62,968 nucleotides of DNA, filler included, from Neolecta irregularis DAH-3 (GCA_001929475.1; 9 parts of 9 records of this genome joined end to end with filler, not necessarily neighbours in it), one strand, 5' to 3'; positions 33,241 to 47,885 are shown, counted from the first letter of the whole stretch. Made by a program: numbers and translations. The notes: generated from the letters alone by a model not told the origin.

Positions 33241-36228
33241 CTAAAGCATTGCCTTTTCCTTCCGTAACTTTTTATGTTTTGTGAGCTTGTCCAAACTCGA
33301 AACATCAACGAGAGAACCTGTAGACATGGCAGCCTGTTTCGCACTTGCAATCTCACTATTCAAGTTTTGACCTATCAAATCGGCCATTGCAAGAACTCGA
33401 GATGATACTTGTCATAAATTTTTCAAGTTTGAATTCAAGGACATACCAGTTGCTGAATCTCGACGATTCTTTCCCTCACGGCGGGATATGGCAATGTATT
33501 CGACCATCTTCCATAGTCGTCCAGTTGGCATTACCTGACCTTCTTCATTCCGGGTTGGTTGGTAATCTGGGTGAATGGTCATCATAGGTGGTACTTTGTC
33601 CCCTTTAGTCCTCCGAACAATGATGAGCCCTTCTGCTTCAAATCTGGTAAAGGCATTCTTCAAGGTCTCAATATTGACCGCTTCAAGATAAGATAGATCG
33701 CCCTTAAATTAAGAATGCTGGATAATAGAGCAGTACCTGGTGATATAATGTCTTTCCTAGAAGCTGGGTCATATTGTGAAATTGCTTGGTGTCGACCCAC
33801 ATCGTTGGTACATCCTCCAATTTCCCATTTTCTTTTGTGAGATTTTCGATCGGTGGAGTCAATGCAAATAAACTTGTAGCGGCAAGCCAATACGTTTCAA
33901 TAAAAGGCCAAATCTAGCCGTCAACTTCCATTAGGAAATTTCTATACCATGAAACAATAAAAATCAAAGTTTGTCCGTCCACCAAGACGTTCTGAGGTAG
34001 ATAGCTCCACAAATCCACTGTCAATTTTGATAACATCGTCACCCTGCTCTTCAGTCTCCCATGACCATGGGATAAATATACCTCTAGAGATTCAAGTGCA
34101 TTATCCAGATTCACTTTTAAGCCAGACGTATCGTAAACGAATTCCTCGCGTAGCAACTGCGAAAGGAAATTCGCTTGGCTAAAGAGTTCTTGATAAGATA
34201 TACGCTGAATTAATGGTCCGCCGCCTTGTTTAATCTTTGTGTACATTGAAGCAACAATTATACACTCCGGCACGAATAAATGTATGACTTGATTCCGATA
34301 TAAACTCAACTATCCCGTCAGTACTCGAATGGAGGATAAGGTACCTCGAATCGATCAACGGGGTAAAAAGTCCTTTCTAAAAGACCAGTTCCTTCACCTA
34401 CAAGACTTCCAAGTACTTCCAAAGCCCTACCTGTCACGCTCAATTAATCAAGAGCCGATACCGATCAATAACTACTCCCGTTTCCATGCCCCCAAAATCG
34501 GCTACGCGGCCATTTTTCAGAATGATCCTCGCACGTAACCATTCTACCCGTCTGATCAATTCTTTTCTCCCAACACCACGCCCTCTTAATGTCAGAATAA
34601 TAGTTCCAACGAGAGAAGTTGGCATAACTACGCTCGCTGCATTTATATCTCCAAGAACCTTATAACCCAATGTTCGAAGTAGGCGAGACTGAAATTCTTT
34701 ATCCAGCCAGAGTTGTTTTGGGGTTTTTTGTTTTCCTAGCGCCTTTCTACAGGGTTACAAGCGCTACTGAAGGATGGCTACGCATGACGGGATCCATGGT
34801 CTTTGATAAACGCTTGAAGACTGCAGGGTTCGCCAAAGCGAACATCGACTCGACCCATTTGGAGCGAGAGAGATGACGATGCTGAGAATAGATTGCCTAG
34901 AGACTCCTTCTTCTTTGGCTTTCCCAATAGTTCATTGACATAAGATTCTGTTTCGATTACTTTATCATATTGCATGGAAATCTCAATGTCAATAGAAGTG
35001 TAGGAGATGAATTACCGGCACAATCCAACAGTCTTTTACGCGGCCATTGATGATGGTATCAACAACCAACTTTAAGATTCCCAGTTTGGGAGACAATAGC
35101 TTTCCTACTGTGTTAGCCGTATAAAGGACAATAGAAAAACCAGTCCGGGATCGTCCACCTTCGATGAAGCATTCAAAATTATATCCTCGAGAGAGCAGGA
35201 TGTCGATATAGGCCTGGCAAATGGTGCTATAAAGTTGGTCATCGCCCCACGCTCGTCTTATATAGAAGGCACCAGCATGCTGCAAAAAACTGCCGAGAAC
35301 GGGAATATTCAAATTGTCTCCTGCCACGACGGTCGGCAAACTTAATCCCAACCTATAGAAGATGAATTGCATGGTAACATAATCGATATGAGAACGATGC
35401 GACGGCAACAGAATCAAGGACTGTTTATTACGTGCAGCATGAATTGCTGTTTGTTTTAGACGTTCAAGGTCGATGTTGTTGATGAATATTCCTTGATGAT
35501 ACATTNNNNNNNNNNTGTAACATAATCGATATGAGAACGATGCGACGGCAACAGAATCAAGGACTGTTTATTACGTGCAGCGTGAATTGCTGTTTGTTTT
35601 AGACGTTCAAGGTCGATGTTGTTGATGAATATTCCTTGATGATACATTCGAATCAGAATTTGATTTACCAGAAAGCAAGCGCCCTAGACCCGATTAATTT
35701 GTTTTAGAAAAGAGATATTGAACCTTGAGGAACCCCGGAGAATTAAACTTTGCAATCATTCTGTCTGCAACGCTGTTTACTACGTCGAGTAGTCTCGCTT
35801 CCCACATTTTTTGAGCCTGTTCGCGCTTCGAGGGATGGATTGAAGGATCGGAAAGAACACGTTCTCGAGCAAGCTGCTTTACTTTCATAGTAACTATATG
35901 TAAGCATTCTGAGAGAAGGAAGTGGAAATACCGGCGATACTATTCACGATCTTAGTTTGCATTCGGTCAGAGAAACCATCGTAGCAAATAGGCTGTCCGA
36001 TGTAATTGTTGTAAGATCTCCAGCCCTACTCAAATGGGTAATTCGTCTTAAATTATGGATACATCTCCAGAGTAGTATCTCTTCACTTCTTTCATAAAAT
36101 TCAAAGGATCATCAAGAAAGTGTTGAGGATCGTTAATTCTTCATGGTTAGTTTTATTCGCCCAATAGTATACGTCAAATTACGATCGCCAATAGCGAGTT
36201 CTCCGTCAGGTACAACGCGGACCAGCAT
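33241..36228 (-). CDS. PlsB-type glycerol-3-phosphate / DHAP acyltransferase (GPAT/GNPAT family)
   Basis: LPSHRSHIDY (HxxxxD), GAFYIRR, FIEGGRSRTGKLL, LSLYRNQVIHLFV; more than ten short introns; spliced C-terminus ...KEKAML. Confidence 0.9.
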
Positions 36229-36405
36229 CTCAGAGGGTACGGAAGGCGACATCGGGCGCCAAAAAACCGTTGAGCGGGGCAAGTCACCTGACACGGGAAA
36301 AAGTATTTAAACAGTGAAGGTGAATGCAGAATGACTAGAAAGATTGCGCGAATACACCCAGATAAACCCTCAGATAGCGAAATAGAGCCTACAAAAATTG
36401 GCCAC

Positions 36406-37505
36406 TTAACCAGATACTTGTAAAGGCGAAACAGCATTTTGTATCCGCTTCTGATCCTGTTTCTGCATCTGCTCAAACGCCATTTGCTGCTGCTGCATTT
36501 GCTGTTCGGCATCGCCTACAATAGTTCCTGCAATGCTTCGAACCAGCTCAAGATGACGCTCCAGCTCCTGCAAGACCTCCTCTTGCATATTCCCTTTGCC
36601 CAGCATGAAAAATTCGAGGTTTTGCATAAGATAGCCTACAAAGTCCTGTGTACCCGATGCCCGGATAATTTCGCTACTGTCGACTTCGTAGTCTGTCAAC
36701 ACACTTTTTGGCCTATGCCCTTCTTTTGACTTGCGCTTTTCCTGACGTTTGCGGAACTCGGCGTCGATCCAACGCGTCTTGACCTCTGTATCTTCTGTTC
36801 CAAAGAGTTTGGCCGCGCGTTTATTGACTCGACAGCGCAGATCATTGTCTTTATCTAAATCATCAGCTATATACAAGACCTGTGCGTACTTCGATCTTCG
36901 TTTTGTTCCCGCCATCGTTTCTTTCGCTGGCGGTTTTCAATACGTGTTCTTGCCGTTGCCTCAGCCTTTTTGAGATCATGGCCCGAGAATAAACCGGACA
37001 TGTTGAAGGGGTCTGCCGAGGTCGCATATTGGTGCGGTTGTTGTTGCCGGGAGGATTCAGGATTGTTCGTCAAAGTATTTGTAGGACCAGATGTAACAGA
37101 AGCAACCTGGAATAATGAGTAAGAAATTCCATCGATACTGGCAATACCTGTTTTGCGAGATATTTGATCGCAGCAGCTGTTTCCTCGCTGATTTCTCCCC
37201 TCATCAACTCATCCAGACTCAATTCCGGGACTTCTACATTTCCATTTGCGACGATCTGAATGTGGTTGGACACTTGGAATCAGCGCGGATGGAATATTAG
37301 CGGACAAACTTATGGCTGGAATACTGCGACGGATTAATTGGGTGGTGGTGACTGCGAAATGGGACTGCCAATGCGCCTCGCCCTGTTCTTTTGCACTTGG
37401 TGGTGAAAAAGCGAACTACGCCTTTGTTCCTCATATCACTTTAATTTCTGGCGTTTGTTTTGGCAATGATGCCAATGAAGATGGAGATTCGGCATTATTC
37501 AACAT
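36406..37505 (-). CDS. DUF3020-domain protein (5' exons uncertain)
   Basis: Spliced RIENRQRKKRWREQNEDRNKDNDLRCRVNKRAAKLFG...WIDAEFRKRQEKR. Confidence 0.75.
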
Positions 37506-38027
37506 ATCGTCCTTCCTCAACGAGAGAACGTTTATTTCGACAAAACCGTCCTTGGAAAGCAGTCGAATGGTGAGAATCTGTGTAGAACAAGTGGAAGAAA
37601 GGTTTACATTCGCTGGGTCTCTGACGGAGACTCACCTTGCCGTTAGTTATGCCAATCTTTTTCTTGAAGCAATTTGTTTACTTTTGAAAGCAGTAACTCA
37701 TGAACTGCCTTGGTGATATCAAGATGCTGTACCAGTATGTATAACGGTTATGTCTGATATCACAAAGTTTCTTCAAGGTCTTTTGTCATTTCCATACCCT
37801 TTCAAACCCCACCATATGTGCTGATATCGAATGAAATTTGATTATTCAATCGTTTCCTTGTGAAAAACACTTCACTTGGTGATAAACTAGAGCATAATTG
37901 TCTGGATTCAANNNNNNNNNNNNNNNNNNNNNNNNNNNNNNNNNNNNNNNNNNNNTTAATTAATTAANNNNNNNNNNNNNNNNNNNNNNNNNNNNNNNNN
38001 NNNNNNNNNNNTAACAATTTTTAATTA

Positions 38028-38445
38028 TCATTCGATTTTAGCAGAAAGTTTGATACCCATAGCGGCCAATTCCGCTGCAAGATACTTCAAGACTTAGGGA
38101 AGAGTAACAACGGTGACATCCTCACCGCCAACCCACTTATTTCCATGTCCATCTTCCCAAACCCCGTCTTCAAAACCGGTAGCGGTCATTGCGCACGCAC
38201 GACAACCGGAGACGCTGATAGTAGACGACACCGATATAGATATCTGCGTACATTTCGTGGCCGGTGATGCCACTATACATAGGTTCGTTAACAAGGTTCC
38301 CAGTAGACAAGAAATATGTCAACTTGCAACCGATATCTGCGTTAACTTTTGTGAAGACTTTACTAATGTACTTTTTGTCGTGGATAGTCGCAGTTTTCTT
38401 GGATACATCTTGCAACATTTTCTGTCGCAGAGAATTTATATACAT
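38028..38445 (-). pseudogene. RPA135: Internally deleted RNA polymerase I second-largest subunit (RPA135) fragment
   Basis: Three non-contiguous blocks: DIGCKLTYFLSTGNLV | NEPMYSGITGHEMYADIYIGVVYYQRL | CRAC...WEDGHGNKWVGGEDVTVVTLP*VLKYLAAELAAMGIKL, with a frameshift and a stop. Confidence 0.9.
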
Positions 38446-38529
38446 AATATAGTAAGTTATACTAGCATTTTAACATATTCCTGCCTTGCCCATCTCTGCT
38501 CTCACCCAAAATGGTTGTCACATGTTAGG

Positions 38530-38593
38530 CCAGGCCCGGCCCATGGGCCAGTTCATGGAAAAGCCCATGGGCTTCGGCCCATTGCCAACACTG
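38530..38593 (-). mobile_element. hAT-like terminal sequence facing the RPA135 fragment
   Basis: Reverse strand reads CAGTGTTGGCAATGGGCCGAAGCCCATGGGC with repeated GGCCCATGGGCC palindromes. Confidence 0.6.
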
Positions 38594-38783
38594 CATGAAT
38601 GTCATTACAGATAATTAGTGCTGATGAATGAATCATGCGTCTCGTTTTTCATAATGTATACTTTATTTACAATTCATTTGAATGAATGTTCTATTAAGAC
38701 AAGAAATTGTCTTGGGATGATACAGTTGGTTGAGATGGCAGAAGAACTGACTGCTTAAGGGGCTTTTTATAAATAGTCACGAG

Positions 38784-38919
38784 GAGAAACAATAGCAACT
38801 GAAGAAAAGGCCAGATAGAAATCAATTTATATTAGCAATATTTGTTATTTAGTGAATGCGGGATTACAACTATGTAAATTGTTAATTCCTGCGGCGGCAG
38901 GCGGAGATTGGACACACTG
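38784..38919. mobile_element. Truncated copy of the 6313-6689 MITE
   Basis: Aligns to 6510-6689 with one indel of about 33 bp; ends in TTGGACACACTG. Confidence 0.75.
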
Positions 38920-39096
38920 ATCGCTCGGCCCTAGTGAAAACCATGAACCCAAGGAATAGTACGCCAGAGTGCAAGCGTATCATTGCAACATATCGAGGAG
39001 CAATGTAAATTAGGTGTCTCCTTACATTCTGATATCATGATGAGTGTCATGAAGAATGAATGCTGTTGAAAGAATGAAGATCCATTGATATTCTCC

Positions 39097-39487
39097 TCAT
39101 CTACCTCCACGCAATGCCAAAACCAAATGTATAGCTGTCCCTCCCTCGATTTTGTAGTCAGAAACTATCTTGTCGTCCGCCCTGATTGGTCAGTTCTAAA
39201 TTCGGGTTGACGAGCAAACATCTGTTTTCCGCTGTAAATCAGCCTTTGCTGAGGTGGGGGAATCCCTTCCTTCTCTTCAATATACTCCTTGATTTTTTTA
39301 ATCTTCGTAACGTCAGACTTAAATTAGGGGATATAAGGTCAGTACTGTATCATGCGATTCACACGGCACCATTATCTGGAGATGATTAACTCAGCTTACG
39401 CGGCCATCTGATTACCTCTTTTCCGGTCAAAGTCTACCTGTTAAAGATAGGTAAAACGACAGAATATACCTTTATTTTGATTTGCAT
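39097..39487 (-). CDS. RUB1: Ubiquitin-like NEDD8/Rub1 (five exons, absent from the ORF track)
   Basis: Spliced [77 protein letters not shown]: 76 aa plus one, with the Ala72 NEDD8 signature. Confidence 0.9.
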
Positions 39488-40893
39488 GGCAGATGTGGGG
39501 TTCAAATCCGAGGGGAATCGGGATGGCTCAAGTTACGAAATGGTCTCTCGACCTGAACAATCAATTTCCAACTACCACAATTCTACTGATTGAGTTGATA
39601 CATCCCTAATACTGTAGACATCTATTGTTCCTGAACACGAATGGCTAAAGTTGCTTTGTCTATATATTGGTGTCCCTTTCAAGAGAGAGAAATAAATTTT
39701 AGAAATTGTTTTGTTCTATTAAAAGATCTTTTAGATGCCACATAAATCAATGATAATGTTTTCCCGAGGAAAGTTCTCTAACGCTGCTAGATGACGGATG
39801 TAAATCTAATTCGGCAATTGGGAGATCAAGATCACTTAGTTTCGTTCTCGAGATGATACTCGATGATGGTAAATGGTTTCATTGAATGGATAATGGACGG
39901 CGAGAATAGCTGACGGAATATTTCGACGTATTCAGCAAAGACTCTGACGAGCGACAGGTGCACAATGCACACCCTGCCTATGATTCAATAAACGGGAATG
40001 TGATGCGCGATTGTGCAAATACTCGCAACATTTTCCTGCTCTTCTCCGGTACAAGTCAAGCTCACGCTGGGGCTTCTTTGTCTCCCAGCCCGTTCTCAAA
40101 TTAGAGATTTCCTGCGACTACCAATACCCTGATCCACAGTCTCATTATTCTGTTAAGCCTCAGTCCAGAGATGGTGGTGGTGATGGAATGCCTTTTGTGC
40201 GATCGCTGTAGCAGTTCATTACTTCATCCGCAGAATGTATCAATCATCGCGTAAACCTACATGGCTCCTAGCCCTAAACCAAATCTGAACTGCGAGTATT
40301 GTACTAACGAACAACGACAGAATTCCAATGTGGACTTAATACAGTGATTTGAACAAAATTAATGGTTCGTAGCTTACCAGTACCAGAACGATCATAAATG
40401 GAATTCTCAAGAGTAAAAGTATTCTAAATGAACAATGTCGAAGTAAAGAATGTCTAATGAAAGGAGGCCTTCAGAACAGATCTCTCCAAAATCTAATCTC
40501 TCAAATGTGTATGCTAAGTTGTATTTCCAAAACTAAAAGTGGTATTCTTGCAAGAAGTAAAACACCTCGGTGCTCAGGATTCGATAGTTAAGACATGTTT
40601 AAGGTAGGTTCGGAGGAGGGTCGCGCATTGTTCTAATTTATTTCGCATGTCTGCTGAAGCCTTTGAATAGGACAAAGCCAGTCCAGTCACGCTCTGAATA
40701 GTACACTGGAGACAAAAACAACCTCCGACTGCACACATTTTATCTTCTGTCGCAGAAAACTTTCATCGCGGTCTTCATTTCCATTTTCACTCTCACCGCT
40801 AAGAATTTTGAATTTTTGCCTCAACGCGTCATATTCACGAGGGGCTGCCTTTCCGCCTCGTCACTTTGTAAATTTCCCATTAACGAACCAACG

Positions 40894-43196
40894 ATGGATG
40901 ATTCCGCTATGTCTATCGACGTTCCAGGGGGGCTCACTAATCTTGATACTCCATTAAAAGCAATTATTGTTGCGGGAAGTGGAAATCAGCATGTCAGTTC
41001 GAAGTTGAACCCGATCCATGCAGCCTTTGTGGGATGGGTTAATGGGCCTACCAATCGAGAACCGGCAGTAGGATATCTGTTTAGCTATATCTAACAGACA
41101 GAAAAGATGCAAGGAACTTGAAGTTCAAGTGAGGGAGTCTCGCATTCCCGAACTGACGATTCCAGAGGAGAAAATTGAGGTACCACCGATTGCAGATAGG
41201 AGAACTTGAGATGTTTTAGTATATCAAACGATCAACCTTATTATTCTCGGAAACGCAACAGATTTCAGATTTAACAATACCAAACATATCACGACTTTCT
41301 GAATTACAAAGAAGCGCTCTTAAGACGCATATCCTCCAATATAAAGTCTGTCCCTAGGTTTTATATGTAGCTTACTCCTTAGACTTCCGAAGTATCACAA
41401 TCACTCCTTGAACATAATTCAATTCTTCAGTGCGCTGAAGCGCTCTACCTTCCGAAAAAAGACGGAATGCCGAACGGCGACGCGTTGATGGATTGGGTAA
41501 ATAATCTCGATCCGAAGCCTGAACAGCACGAAGGTGTAGAAATAATGCAGACAAGGCCTCCCTGCTCTCACCCTTTGTTTTGGGACTATGTCCATCGGTA
41601 TTAAATTCATTTTGCAGAAATATATTAATGATTTAGTGCTGTCCTCCGTGGATTATTGCCACAGACTTCCCTTATCTTCTCGAAAAGCGGGCTAGAAAGA
41701 TCAGAACCGGCAATATCGGATATCCTAAAGAGTCTCATAGACGTTTTAGATACATTTCCCTTGGCGAAAGCCTTCACCACCATTGAAGAGTTTAAGCGAA
41801 GACGAGATAATTGGCTCTCTCATCTATCGTATGTTCTTTTAGCCAGCAACTCTGACATCTCGGAAATGTTCGCCAGAAACTCCCCTCGTTATCCAATCGT
41901 AACCCTTCAAATAACTTGAAGATAATGTTGGACATCCTCGAGGGAAACATCGACATTATCAAGCAATCCAGCTCGACTTGGCAAGAATATTTTGCTGCCT
42001 CGGCATGCTATTGTGATCTATCGGATTTTCAAACAAGAGAAGAACGCTGGACGGACGTAACTGAGGGTTTCGCAGTTGACATCACACTTCCTTTCGAGGT
42101 GATATGTGGAAATCTCTGTGAAGGGGACATTCCGAAAGCTCTTACAAATTGCAAGGGCTTAGATTTGGGACTCGCTGCTATTTTAAGCGATCTACTTGAG
42201 AAAGCGGATGTTCTTCAAGATCCGATGGATCTTGGAAATAGCGAGGGGTATGTATGCTCCTAGCTTTGACGTTCACTTTCAAGTCCGCCGTTTGGATTGA
42301 GGGATTATTTCTGTATCGAGTATGGAGAGCTTCTAATGATGAACGAAGCTACCTGGAGAGAAGCATGCATCATATGGCAAAGCGTGCCAGGCATAGGGAT
42401 CGAGTACATCCAGAATGTACATCATTTCTGGAGATATACCACGATTAATCTTCTAGTCAATAATACACATTCCTCTTGAAAGCAAACAACAAATAGAAGA
42501 CCTTCTCACAATCTCAGATTCTTTAGATCTCTTTTTCGAGTCAGCTTATATTTCCACGTCCTGGGCCCGTCATCTTGAACGACAATCAAAATTTGGTTCT
42601 GCAATAACATATTTGCATCGCGCCCGATACTTTTCGCAAATAGATCGATTAGTATGGAAAATCTTTGAGAATACGTTACTATTCGGACCAATGAGCATTG
42701 ATGATGAACTCAAACACATGATTGGAAATCCAGGAAACTGCCCGGTTGAGATTGCGAATTTGATCGCACCAGTTGCCACGCTGCGGGGGTTCTATGAGCA
42801 AACCGGGAGGGAAAAACGGAGATGGCTTGCCGCGTTGTTCAAAGCTCCTAGAATTCCCAGGCGGTGCGTAGGAATGTTGATGTGTGAGATGCTGCCTTTG
42901 CTCGACGGTATTTCAGTCCCGTAGTTTGCGGATATGACGTTTCAGGATCAAACCTTTGGACTTACCGAGATCTCTTTGATTGTCTACCGGTTATTGAAGA
43001 ATTTTATTCGGGAAACGATTTCCAGGAAGGCATCAATCTTGTTCAACTCGCGATTGATGAAGGTCGTGGAGTCAGTTGGAGACAGAATATTCGGATGGGC
43101 ATGATAGCAAGGGATATTATTGCTGTAGTGAGGATGCTGATCACGAAGGAGATCGGTCGTGTATTCCTCGACGGTAAGCCATCAGAAGAGGAATAG
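40894..43196 (+). CDS. NUP85: Nucleoporin Nup85
   Basis: LMDWVN..DPKP, HPLFWDYVHRAVLRG, ILEGNIDII....STWQEYF, LRDYFCIEYG..TWREA; about eight introns. Confidence 0.8.
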
Positions 43197-43218
43197 CACA
43201 TTGTGACCGTACAAAGCA

Positions 43219-44410
43219 TTATTGTTTGAGTTTACAAATTGGAAGTTTATAGACGTCGACCTTGAAATACTTTCTTTGCACGCCCTTCCTTTCTTCTTCC
43301 GAGAAATCCACTGGGATATCTTTATATTCAACTTCAAAGCCGAATTCACATGACAAATCGAGTTCAGCTAAGCGTGTGTAGACGTCGTAAAATGTCTGAA
43401 AATCTGCGCCGAGGCCGTGGAAGAAGGAGAATATCCCATTTTGATCCAGCAGACCTACTGCAGAGTCGAAGAACAGGCGCAGATCCTTAATGTTACGACC
43501 ATCAGGATAGGTAACGTACAGCATAAGATTCTGCAAAACAGTCATAATATACTGCATCAAATGCCTCAACAGGTAAATCTTCGCAGAAATCTTGCCATCT
43601 TCCCTCGATAATCTAATGGTTCAGCGATTTCATGACAGGATGCAAACCTGAACACCTTCCTTCTCGTACCACCCTCTGCTTCGCATCTCGTGTAAAACAT
43701 CCGGGTGTGCTTCAACAATTACATGCTTCCTGGGTTTCTTTTCTTGAAAAAACCCATCGACAATGCCCAATCCGAAGCCAATATTTAATACCGACAGTCC
43801 CTTTCGTGGTAATAAGACTTCCGCAGTCTGTCTCATGATTTCGGTTTCCCAAGACATCATGACCTCGCTATTCTCGCTATCAAGTAGCGTCTCGGAGCCA
43901 TTAACTGATTTGGTGAATTTCAGTTCAGATGATAAATATTTTGAATTATTCTTCGCATCCTTATCTTCCGTTTCTTTCCTTCCAAGTAAATTTAGGAGCA
44001 TCTCAGTCCGTACGCCAGCAGAAATCATAACCTCATAAATCTCCATACATCCTAGACGACGAGCGAGGCATGCTGGAGTTTCACTGTTTCGATCCACTAC
44101 CAGTTCAAACCTCGAATTAGACTGGTGACGTACAGGCATTCCAGATTCCACCATTCATCAATATCCACTCCGCCAGCTGCTTGCCCTTCTCGACTCCGTT
44201 TTCGCCTGTTGAGCTTCCTTCAACTGCAAGATGTAGGGGTCCCTTTCCGGTTGTCGGATCCTGGTACCAAATATCTGCTTTCTCAACCTTAATTAACCTT
44301 TTAAATTCTAAAGATTCCAGGTTTAAGGCGGCATCTAATAGGAGATTATTTAATGCGATCTGCTCTGGAGGTAGAGCCCAATCTTCTAAGTGCATTTCTT
44401 CGATGGTCAT
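43219..44410 (-). CDS. RMT2: Arginine N-methyltransferase 2
   Basis: Ankyrin-like N-terminus, GVRTEMLL, VMMSWETEIM, VLNIGFGLGIVD, IVEAHPDV, FSFFHGLGAD. Confidence 0.93.
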
Positions 44411-44827
44411 GGAGGGGAAACGTTTGAAGTTCGGATCCAAGCGGAATCTCAGCTAAACTCTGCGGGATTTATCGGACCAGGAAATTTCACATTAATATCG
44501 TCTACTACATTTTAAGATAGTGAGAATGATCTTTGTCCTTTTGGTACGTGTAATGAAAGGATTATCATGGAAAATCTAGCAAAATTAGTATTAGTCACAG
44601 GGCTCCTTACGCTAACGTACGTAGCTTGCACTTAACTACAGTTGACAATTTGTAGACCATGTTTTCGAAAGGAAATTATTTGTGGAAATTCCAAAGGTAT
44701 TCGGGGGTAAGGAGAATCTTCACATTCGATTTCAGTATAAATTTGTATAGAATATGATAGATAAAGTTAGATGCGTGAATTACAGGTGTCCATCTTGAGA
44801 TGACGTCTCGTCACTTGTACGTGAGAT

Positions 44828-45649
44828 ATGGGCCTCGACCTTCACGATCCATCAGTCCGGCATTTCGAGTCGTCGAGCACATCATTGAATGACCTTATAC
44901 TTCAAAAAGACGCCTTAGAATCAGAAATAAATGAGCTTTTATCCGTATTAACATCTGTACGGGCTGGATAACCACAGTGCTGATCGAAGCAAAATGTTGA
45001 CATGAAAACACCCCTCATTGACCAGGAAGGCTTTCCCAGAGACGACATTGACGTTGCACAGGGTAATGTGAGATATTCACCAGCTCTTACCTGGAAGTGA
45101 GAACAGTACGAGCCAGATTAGTCTGCCTGCGGAATGATCATAAGAATTTAATGGCGAAGATCGAGGCTGGACTACATGAAAAATTCTCCAAAACTCCATC
45201 CCCAGGAACTCAAGTCAATCCGTCTACGCAGGCGGCCGGAGTTCGCAGCGACAACCTTGTGGTTGAAAGTGCATTCGCAGTAATCGACGACGTTATAGAT
45301 GGCAGTCCTGCTTTCACTGCGGTACGCCGAAAATCTGGCTTACCGCTGAATTTGTACAGGGTCTTCAAAAAAATGATTTGATAATCAAGTTTGGAAGTGT
45401 ACATGCCGGGAACCACGAAAATTTGTCAAAAATTGCCAATTTGGTTTCATCAAGCCTGGGGGTATACAGTTTGTAATATTTATTACTACTGACATTACAG
45501 CGGAAGATCATAGTCACAGTTGATAGAATGGAGAAGAGGATTCGTCTTGAGCTGATGCCGAATATCGAATGGGGCGGAAGAGGCTCTTTGGGGTTTGTCA
45601 ACCATGTGAACGATATTCATATGACAGGTGTCACATTCTTCCTCTATAG
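44828..45649 (+). CDS. NAS2: Proteasome assembly chaperone Nas2/PSMD9 (PDZ)
   Basis: [56 protein letters not shown]; five introns. Confidence 0.92.
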
Positions 45650-46567
45650 CACCTACGACTCTATATATGGTTGTTGGAGATGCCTTGAGAATATTTTCTG
45701 TGTTTGCCGCTCATTTTCCAAGCGTCCGTCTTATGTTTTGCTTTTGAATAAACTCAACTCAGTCGTTGAATTTCGGTGGGGGGCTGTTGTAGAAAACCGT
45801 TCTTCAAATGATGTCTCACAGTGAAGTTGTCTTTGACTACCATCTACTTCGACATGCTTCCTAGCCGCAGACGAGAATATTTGATTACAATTTCACGGTT
45901 AGGTTAGGATTGCAGACTATCAATTGCCATTGCAACGTGGTCAATAATTGGTTGATTCATTCGGCACTCTTAAGATGTCAAGTTGTTCAATCAACGACGA
46001 AGTCTGTTAAAGGGAGGCTTCGTAAACTGATGGTATATTAGGACGACTTTCGCTATATTTGCCTAAGGGTTCCGATGATCTACAGTTGTGTAATGCAATT
46101 GCAAGGGTCATAATTACAAGAATGTTTTCTATGCTCAATTAGCTTAACCCCAGTGAGAGGGTCTGAAGATGTAATCGAAATTGCAGTAGCATTTGACTTA
46201 GAGGGTCACAGCTGTTTCAGGCCAGTGATGAACATTGCACTGTGTGTATAATTGGATCATATACGATCATCGTTACTTTTCCAATTATGGCAGTCTACAA
46301 TTTCAGAATCTGATGGATTAATTGTGATGAATATTTCTTTGATGAAATACGAGAGATGTGAGCATTTCCAATGCAAGGATTGAAATTACAGACTTCGGTC
46401 TTTGGACAACCATAAGTGTCTATTGAATAAATAAAAAATTATGTCCTGGTCTCTTCAGTTATACCCATAAGTGGAATCCATAAAATAAATAGAGCATAGT
46501 AATGCCAGACCACGCTAATGATAAAAGTCTCCCTATGCTCAACGCTCGTAGGCATAATAAAAAGCCG

Positions 46568-47885
<1,318 letters not shown>

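Noticed and set aside
35374-35648. Duplicated catalytic exon in the acyltransferase
   Set aside because: Same pattern around an N gap; assembly artefact.
31444-38593. One 7-kb hAT element enclosing the GPAT and DUF3020 genes
   Set aside because: Flanks CAGGTGGG and CATGAATG are not a TSD and two contig linkers lie between the ends.
39830-40300. Possible small spliced genes here and at 45660-46400 and 50100-50950
   Set aside because: Splice-like signals exist but I could not build a coherent, recognisable ORF.
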